Assembly (NCBI GenBank): GCA_043748395.1
Contig: JAYTNH010000120.1
Location: 1-31,330 of the forward strand
DNA length: 31,330 bases
Source of the DNA: Ilumatobacteraceae bacterium
GTDB taxonomy: Bacteria; Actinomycetota; Acidimicrobiia; Acidimicrobiales; Ilumatobacteraceae
Direction: 5' to 3'
Shown one piece after another: positions 25,636 to 31,330 of the stretch. The stretch's first letter is position 1, and each line of letters starts with the position of its first letter. A model generated the notes under the pieces. It did no database searches. It was not told the DNA's origin and saw nothing but the letters and a program-made list of their open reading frames with translations. A program made the translations under genes and the position numbers.

Positions 25636-25700
25636 ACGGTAGCGGTGCGCACTGCCTCACGGCGCCACCCGCGGCGATCAGCCCACCGTGCCAGTACCCT
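25636..25700. promoter_or_regulatory. Divergent -10 boxes: TACCGT (minus, 25636-25641, 9 nt before glcF GTG) and TACCCT (plus, 25695-25700, 6 nt before nei GTG)
   Basis: TANNNT matches in the 80-bp glcF/nei spacer. Confidence 0.55.
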
Positions 25701-25706
25701 CGCCCG

Positions 25707-26501
25707 GTGCCCGAAGGCCACACCATCGCCAGAATTGCTCGCGACCACACCAAGTTGCTGGTGGGCCGACGCGTCACGGTGTCGTCACCACAAGGCAGAT
25801 TCGCCGCCGGCGCTGCACTCACCGACGGAGCCGTCCTCGAGTCGATCGAGAGCTACGGTAAGCACCTGTTCTACCGATGGTCGACGGGGTTGGTGGGCCA
25901 CGTTCATCTGGGACTCTTCGGCAAGTTCAAGGTCGACATCGGGGAGGCAGCTCCAGCGCCGATCGGCGAGATTCGCATGCGGTTGGCAGTGAACGGCGCG
26001 ACTGTTGACCTTGCCGGGCCGACGGTGTGTGCGCTCATCACCGAAGCCGATCGCGACGCGATCGTGGCCAGGCTGGGCCCCGACCCACTTCGTCGCGATG
26101 CCAAGCCCGAGCAGGCGATCAAACGCATCATCGCCAGCCACCAACCCATCGGTGCGTTGTTACTCGACCAGCGAGTGCTGTGCGGGGTGGGCAACGTGTA
26201 CCGAGCCGAAGCCCTTTTCGTGTGCGGCATCAATCCGGCCAGACCAGGCGATCACTGCTCGACGGATGACCTACTGCAGTTGTGGAGCACCGTGCGCGCC
26301 ATGCTGCGCAAAGGCGTCAACGATGATCGCATCATCACCATCGACCGGCGACTCCACCGCGTTCCAACAACGGCACGTCGCCGTGGAGAGAACACGTACG
26401 TGTACCACCGCGACGTGTGTCTGCGCTGCTCCGCCAGCATCCTCACAGTCGAACTGGGCGGCCGGCCGTGCTACTACTGCCCGGTGTGTCAGCCGCGTTG
26501 A
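25707..26501 (+). CDS. nei: Fpg/Nei-family DNA glycosylase/AP lyase (Nei1-like)
   Basis: N-terminal PEGH after GTG, SSPQGRF, GKHLF, H2TH LLDQRVLCGVGNVYRAE, C-terminal Zn finger CLRC..CPVCQ. Confidence 0.95.
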   Translation: MPEGHTIARIARDHTKLLVGRRVTVSSPQGRFAAGAALTDGAVLESIESYGKHLFYRWSTGLVGHVHLGLFGKFKVDIGEAAPAPIGEIRMRLAVNGATVDLAGPTVCALITEADRDAIVARLGPDPLRRDAKPEQAIKRIIASHQPIGALLLDQRVLCGVGNVYRAEALFVCGINPARPGDHCSTDDLLQLWSTVRAMLRKGVNDDRIITIDRRLHRVPTTARRRGENTYVYHRDVCLRCSASILTVELGGRPCYYCPVCQPR

Positions 26502-26507
26502 GGCGAC

Positions 26508-27401
26508 CTACCGACCGGCGCCGTGCCACCGTTCAGTGCCCAGACGCACACCAGGATTGAGGCGCCGTACTGGGTCGAACTGCAACTTGATGCGCTCTTC
26601 GAGTGCCGTCAACGAGGGGTCACGACTCGATCGAGTGGTTGGTTGGGCAGACCGCCAGTGCACCACGCCGACACCGACCTCGGCAACGAAACCGCCCGTG
26701 AGGTGCTCGATAGTCGCTGGAGCAACGCTGGTTCGTCCGCCCACCGGTAGCACGGGCGGCTCATCGGCGACGTCGAGGTGAGCTGTTGCCGCTTGCGCCG
26801 CAACGTCGGCGCGATGGCCCTCGAGCAACGCCCAAACGCGCTCACCGTCCCACAGCACAGCGACCGGTCGATAGAGCGCGGCAAATACCGTGAACGGTTC
26901 CGCAGCGGTCGTGGTGTACCACTGCGAGCATTGCGGCAGCGGCCGGGTGCGTACGATCACCTCCCCCAAGAAACCGAGCGTGCCGCGCGACCCGACCAAC
27001 AGCCGACAGAGATCGAAGCCGCTCACGTTCTTCACCGTCGGGCCACCGGCCTTCACAACCTCGCCGGCGGCCGAGACATAACGGGCCTGCAACAGCACGT
27101 CGCGCACCGGTCCGTAGCCGAGCCGCCGTACGTCGCTGAGGCCGACCGCGAAGGCCCCGCCAATGGTGCCACCCTGCGGCAACGCAACGCACTGGCCCAC
27201 CTCACGCAGCGCAGCGTCGAGGTCGACCACCGGCGTGCCGGCGCCGCAGCACGCCGTCATCTCGTCGGCCTGCACCCACTCGATGCCACTCGGAGCGCGC
27301 ACCGACCGCACGTCGGGTACACCACCGCCACGAGTGCCCTGCCCGACGATGGTGACGGCGTCTTGCGAACCAACCGCCGCAGCGAAATCGTTCAGATCCA
27401 T
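26508..27401 (-). CDS. glcE: Glycolate oxidase-type FAD subunit GlcE (short form, 297 aa)
   Basis: GTIGGAFAVGL, GPVRD, AGG.TVKNVSGFDLCRLLVGSRGTLG, C-terminal IK..FDP...LNPG; 10-nt overlap with glcD. Confidence 0.85.
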   Translation of the reverse strand: MDLNDFAAAVGSQDAVTIVGQGTRGGGVPDVRSVRAPSGIEWVQADEMTACCGAGTPVVDLDAALREVGQCVALPQGGTIGGAFAVGLSDVRRLGYGPVRDVLLQARYVSAAGEVVKAGGPTVKNVSGFDLCRLLVGSRGTLGFLGEVIVRTRPLPQCSQWYTTTAAEPFTVFAALYRPVAVLWDGERVWALLEGHRADVAAQAATAHLDVADEPPVLPVGGRTSVAPATIEHLTGGFVAEVGVGVVHWRSAQPTTRSSRDPSLTALEERIKLQFDPVRRLNPGVRLGTERWHGAGR

Positions 27402-28813
27402 GCGCCCTCGGGCACGTGCTGCACATCGCCGCATGCCGCTGGCGAGGGCAGCACCTTCCACGGATTGGCCAGCCCGACCGGGTCGAAGGCGCGCCGCATC
27501 GCGGCCTGCGCTGCCAGGTCGGCAGGAGCGAACATCAGCGGCATCAGATCGCGCTTCTCGAGGCCGATGCCATGCTCGCCGCTGAGCACTCCCCCAGCCG
27601 CGACCGACACCCGCACGATCTCGTCGCCCGCGGCGTGAACTCGTTCCATCACGCCTGGCTCGCGCTTGTCGAAAACCAGCAGCGGGTGCAGGTTTCCGTC
27701 CCCGGCATGGAACACGTTCATCACCATCAGGCCGTACTTCTCGGTGATCGCGTACACCTCGCGCAGCACCTCGGGAAGCCTGCGGCGAGGCACGACCGTG
27801 TCGTGCAGGTAGTAGTTCGGCTTGATCCGTGCGATCGCCCCGAATGCTGTCTTGCGGCCCTTCCACAGCAGGGCACGTTCGGCTTCATCCTGCGCAATGC
27901 GCACCGTGCGTGCCCCGTGTTCGCGACCGATCTGTACGATCCGTTCCACATCGCGCTCGAGTCCGAACGGCAGCCCGGCGACCTCGACGAGCAGAATGGC
28001 GGCTGCGTCGACCGGTAGTCCAGCGTGGATGTACTGCTCGACCGCGATGGTGCAGAGTTGATCCATCATCTCCAGTGCGGCTGGCACCATGCCGGCAGCG
28101 ATGATCGCACTCACCGTCAGGGCACCGGCATCGACAGTGTCGAAGTCCATCAGCATGGTGCGCACCGCGGGAGCATCTTGGGTGAGACGAACACAGATCT
28201 TGGTGGCAATGCCGAACATGCCTTCACTGCCCACGAATGCACCGCGCAGGTCGTAGCCGTGGGGCTCTGGGTCCTCCCCGCCCAGCATGACAACCGAGCC
28301 GTCGGGCAACACCACCTCGATCGCCACGACATGTGCTGCGGTGACGCCGTCGGCCAGGCAGTGCGGCCCACCCGAGTTGTTGGCGACGTTGCCGCCGATC
28401 GAACAGCTCTGCTGACTGCTGGGGTCGGGTGCGAAGTGCAGACCGTGCCGTGCCACCGCACGCGTGAGGTCGAGGTTGAGCACTCCGGGCTCGACCCAAG
28501 CCTGACGGTTCACCGTGTCGACCGAGAGCACCCTGTTCATCTTGGTGGTGACGATCACCACCGCGTGGTCAAGCGGCGTGGCACCACCGGCAAGCCCGGT
28601 GCCAGCGCCTCTGGCGACGAACGGCACGCCGTGTGCCACCGCCGCCCTTACGCACGCCTGCACCTCGGCTGTAGTGGTCGGAAAACACACCACCCCCGCC
28701 GCTCCCTCGATGTTCGAGGCGTCGCGCTTGTAGAGGCCGAGTTCAGCCGCCCCATGGCGCACGTGACGAGCCCCGATCGCCGACTCGAGATCGGCGACGA
28801 GCGCCGCCGTCAT
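27392..28813 (-). CDS. glcD: Glycolate oxidase-type FAD-linked subunit GlcD
   Basis: ARGAGTGLAGG, APDPSSQQSCSIGGNVANNSGGPHC, GSEGMFG, HAGDGNLHP, GEHGIG. Confidence 0.92.
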   Translation of the reverse strand: MTAALVADLESAIGARHVRHGAAELGLYKRDASNIEGAAGVVCFPTTTAEVQACVRAAVAHGVPFVARGAGTGLAGGATPLDHAVVIVTTKMNRVLSVDTVNRQAWVEPGVLNLDLTRAVARHGLHFAPDPSSQQSCSIGGNVANNSGGPHCLADGVTAAHVVAIEVVLPDGSVVMLGGEDPEPHGYDLRGAFVGSEGMFGIATKICVRLTQDAPAVRTMLMDFDTVDAGALTVSAIIAAGMVPAALEMMDQLCTIAVEQYIHAGLPVDAAAILLVEVAGLPFGLERDVERIVQIGREHGARTVRIAQDEAERALLWKGRKTAFGAIARIKPNYYLHDTVVPRRRLPEVLREVYAITEKYGLMVMNVFHAGDGNLHPLLVFDKREPGVMERVHAAGDEIVRVSVAAGGVLSGEHGIGLEKRDLMPLMFAPADLAAQAAMRRAFDPVGLANPWKVLPSPAACGDVQHVPEGAWI

Positions 28814-29157
28814 GTGCGACGGCGGCGACGCGTTGCGCTGTGGTCGCGCACCTGACGGAGCACAACCACTTTGCCGGGCTCTACCAGGGTGCCATCGACC
28901 AACACTGCGTCGCCTTCTTCGAGGTTGTCAGCAAGCGACTCCGCGGTACCGTCGAGCCGTGCCCGCAATTCGGACTCGCGAGCGCGCATGGCCCGCTTGC
29001 CCTCGCTGATGGCGTCACGTATCCGTTGCGATGCGGCACGCGCCATCTTTGTAGGCGCCAGATCGGCCGCCTTCTCCTTCACCTTCTTCTTGGCGATGCC
29101 GGCACCCGTGATGCCGGCGATTGCACCGCCTACGAACCATGTGAGGCGCTTGATCAT
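28810..29157 (-). CDS. Small membrane-anchored hypothetical protein
   Basis: MIKRLTWFVGGAIAG.. then basic/coiled-coil region; ATGA overlaps at both ends. Confidence 0.75.
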   Translation of the reverse strand: MIKRLTWFVGGAIAGITGAGIAKKKVKEKAADLAPTKMARAASQRIRDAISEGKRAMRARESELRARLDGTAESLADNLEEGDAVLVDGTLVEPGKVVVLRQVRDHSATRRRRRT

Positions 29158-29543
29158 CTCGACTTGGTCTCCTTGCGACGAAGGCGCCGTACCGCCCGTG
29201 AGGTGCCGGCCGCAAGTGCTGCGGTCTTGATCACTGGTGTACTGAGTGCGGCACGAGCGACTCGACCGCCACCCGAGACTGCGCCGCTGATTGCTTCTGC
29301 AGAGCCCAGCACCCGGTCGAAGCGATCGAGATCGTCGCGAGCGGCGGCCATGGTGGCCTTGGCATCGTCGGTCGACGCTCGAAGCTCGAGCAGCAACGGT
29401 CGGGTCTCGGCGCGCAACGACTCGACCTCGGCGCGCACCGCCGCGAGGCTGTCGAGCACCTTCAGCAGTACTACGACCAGCGCAGTGAACGCGAGCGAGC
29501 AGAGCACTGCAGCAACGATTACGACGAGATCTCTCGCGCTCAT
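29154..29543 (-). CDS. DUF948-like membrane/coiled-coil protein
   Basis: N-terminal TM (LVVIVAAVLCSLAFTALVVVLL), heptad region, PVIK.AA..AG tail; ATGA overlaps at both ends. Confidence 0.78.
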   Translation of the reverse strand: MSARDLVVIVAAVLCSLAFTALVVVLLKVLDSLAAVRAEVESLRAETRPLLLELRASTDDAKATMAAARDDLDRFDRVLGSAEAISGAVSGGGRVARAALSTPVIKTAALAAGTSRAVRRLRRKETKSR

Positions 29544-30817
29544 AGCTTGCGTTCCTCCATTCGTCGGGCGACGTCGGCCTCGCGACCGTGTTGGCTGGGC
29601 TCGTAGTACACCTTGTCGGACTGTGCGGCGGGCAGGTAGTGCTGGTCGACCCGACCATCCGGTGCATCATGAGGGTACTCGTATCCGACACCGTGCCCCA
29701 GGGATTGGGCTCCCTGGTAGTGCGCATCACGCAGGTGCGCCGGTACCTCACCGATGGCGCCGTCGCGCACGTCGCTGCGCGCATTCCAGATCGCGAGTGC
29801 TGCCCGATTGCTCTTCGGTGCTGTGGCCAGGTAGATCGCTGCTTGGCTCAAGTTCAGTTGTGCCTCCGGCAGGCCCACGTGTTCGAGGGCCTGCGCAGCG
29901 GCGACGGCAACCACCAGCGCCTGCGAATCGGCCAGCCCGATGTCCTCACTCGCGAAGATCACCATGCGACGCACGATGAACCGAGCGTCTTCTCCGGCTT
30001 CGAGCATGCGTGCCAGGTAGTACACAGCGGCTTGCGGATCGCTGCCGCGCATGCTCTTGATGAACGCGCTCACCACGTCGTAGTGATCGTCACGGCCGTA
30101 CCGCAGGGCCGATGTGCCCAGCGCCGACTCGACATGTTGCAGGTCGACTTCGGCCGTGCCGGCGAGGGCGCACGCAACTTCAAGCGCGGTGAGCACCTGA
30201 CGACCGTCTCCGCCCGATCGATCGGCGAGCAACTGCCGAGCTTCGTCGGTCGCCGTCATTCCCTCGGCCTCGAGGCCGCGCCCGATGAGCACTTCGATCG
30301 CGGTTCGGTCGAGCGGCTCGAGCCGGAACAGCGTGCTGCGGCTCCGCAGTGGCGGGTTCACCTCGAAGAACGGATTCTCGGTTGTCGCCCCAATGAGGGT
30401 AAGCGTTCCGTCCTCGACAGCGGGCAACAAGGCGTCTTGTTGGGCCTTCGAGAATCGGTGGATCTCGTCGAGGAACAAGATGGTGCCCCGACTGTGCTCG
30501 CCGAGTCGCTGGCGGGCGCGTTCGATCACCTCACGCACGTCCTTCACGCCTGCGGTCACCGCACTCATCTGTTCGAAGGCGCGCTTGGTCGTGCCGGCCA
30601 CCGCAAGGGCGAGCGTGGTCTTGCCTGTGCCGGGTGGCCCCCAGAAGATCGCGCTGGTCAATCGATCCTGCTCGACGAGTCGCCGCAACGGCTTGCCCGG
30701 CCCAACGAGATGGTCCTGCCCCACCACGTCGTCGATCGACCGCGGTCGCAGACGTGCAGCCAACGGCGCGTGCGATCGGAGGTGTTGTTCGGCCGCCGAA
30801 CTGAACAAGTCGCTCAC
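29540..30817 (-). CDS. rarA: Replication-associated recombination protein A (RarA/MgsA)
   Basis: PLAARLRP, WGPPGTGKTT, LFLDEIHRFSKAQQD, GATTENP, SAFIKSMRGSD, ASEDIG, Y.YPHD. GTG 30817 from the GTGA overlap. Confidence 0.96.
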   Translation of the reverse strand: MSDLFSSAAEQHLRSHAPLAARLRPRSIDDVVGQDHLVGPGKPLRRLVEQDRLTSAIFWGPPGTGKTTLALAVAGTTKRAFEQMSAVTAGVKDVREVIERARQRLGEHSRGTILFLDEIHRFSKAQQDALLPAVEDGTLTLIGATTENPFFEVNPPLRSRSTLFRLEPLDRTAIEVLIGRGLEAEGMTATDEARQLLADRSGGDGRQVLTALEVACALAGTAEVDLQHVESALGTSALRYGRDDHYDVVSAFIKSMRGSDPQAAVYYLARMLEAGEDARFIVRRMVIFASEDIGLADSQALVVAVAAAQALEHVGLPEAQLNLSQAAIYLATAPKSNRAALAIWNARSDVRDGAIGEVPAHLRDAHYQGAQSLGHGVGYEYPHDAPDGRVDQHYLPAAQSDKVYYEPSQHGREADVARRMEERKL

Positions 30818-31266
30818 AGCGTGCCGAGTACACGCGTGTACGCGGCCCGTCGCCACTCGAGCACGTGCTCCAGCATCCACGGCACCGTAACCCATTGCCA
30901 CGCGACGAATTCCGAGCCGTCCGGGCAAGGCTCGATGTCGGGCGACACGGCGTCGAAGATGAACCAGCGCTGCACCTGGCCAAGTCGGCGGCCGTCGCGG
31001 CCATGATCGCGCCGCACTTCCGGCGGCCACTGGTACGCGACCCATTCGGGGAACTCGACGCGGGCGATCACATCCGCGGCGGTGAGCCCAGTCTCCTCTT
31101 CGAGTTCACGCCAAGCACCTTCAATCGGCTCCTCCCCAGCATCGAGCCCACCCTGGGGAAACTGCCAGCTTCCGGGAGCATCGGAACGCTCGAATACCAT
31201 GACCCGGCGGAGGTCGGGGTGCCGCACGATGATCACCACCCCGGCCCGAAAATGCTGTCCACCCAC
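30814..31266 (-). CDS. rppH: Nudix hydrolase, RppH/Ap4A-hydrolase-like
   Basis: FRAGV, WQFPQGGLDAGE...AWRELEEETGL, GQVQRWF, EF..WQW. Start GTG 31266 (TACGGT 7 nt upstream) or GTG 31275. Confidence 0.72.
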   Translation of the reverse strand: MGGQHFRAGVVIIVRHPDLRRVMVFERSDAPGSWQFPQGGLDAGEEPIEGAWRELEEETGLTAADVIARVEFPEWVAYQWPPEVRRDHGRDGRRLGQVQRWFIFDAVSPDIEPCPDGSEFVAWQWVTVPWMLEHVLEWRRAAYTRVLGTL

Positions 31267-31273
31267 GTCCGCC

Positions 31274-31279
31274 ACCGTA
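31274..31279 (-). promoter_or_regulatory. -10 box TACGGT, leaderless promoter for the Nudix-rarA-glc chain
   Basis: 7 nt before in-frame GTG 31266. Confidence 0.55.
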
Positions 31280-31330
31280 CCGCCCCGTCACCCCACCCGC
31301 GTTTGCCGCCACGTTTGCCGCCCGCCCGCC

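Noticed and set aside
103-26501. pxp genes and nei in the same window, echoing the E. coli pxpBCA-nei operon
   Set aside because: About 25 kb apart and on opposite strands; no operon relationship.
26508-27866. 452-aa GlcE; likewise N-terminal extensions of trmI (9387), rarA (31045), tal (21033), nei (25593), ttuB (10618)
   Set aside because: The extensions overlap neighbouring genes and read as junk; start/stop overlaps or -10 boxes define shorter starts.
2874-31006. Long antisense or alternate-frame ORFs (2874-4115, 6202-7614, 12183-13427, 12656-14200, 28840-29979, 29588-31006 and others)
   Set aside because: Each shadows a well-supported gene on the opposite strand, has no recognisable motifs, and is expected from high-GC codon bias.
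1-31330. CRISPR array, tRNA/rRNA genes, IS elements
   Set aside because: No regularly spaced repeats, cloverleaf or T-loop signatures, transposase motifs or terminal inverted repeats seen; intergenic gaps are mostly too short to hold them.

Overview
High-GC actinobacterial chromosomal window. The gene set and sequence style suggest an Acidimicrobiia/Ilumatobacter-like organism; this is inference only. The region is densely coding core genome with no CRISPR array, tRNA/rRNA gene, transposase or prophage recognised. Left third: a Pup-proteasome locus on the minus strand (arc, an inserted ceramidase-like lipoprotein, dop, pup[GGQ], prcB, prcA) running directly into 5-oxoprolinase genes pxpA-pxpB; pafA is not in the window. 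Next come a ferredoxin and a translationally coupled ttuB-ttuA-trmI tRNA T-loop modification operon that matches the Thermus s2T54 system; its ubiquitin-fold TtuB ends GG-Ser rather than GG. Middle: small membrane proteins, a Lon N-domain protein, dacB, a beta-alpha ADP-forming acyl-CoA synthetase, PaaI thioesterase, alpha/beta hydrolase, TetR, nagA, tkt, tal, and a LOG-MOSC pair. Right: a coupled chain rppH-like, rarA, DUF948, hypothetical, glcD, glcE, with an antisense nei separating glcE from glcF. Almost every transcription-unit head has a TANNNT box 6-7 nt before its start codon, the signature of leaderless mRNA. Family assignments come from motif recognition by eye; no database searches were run.
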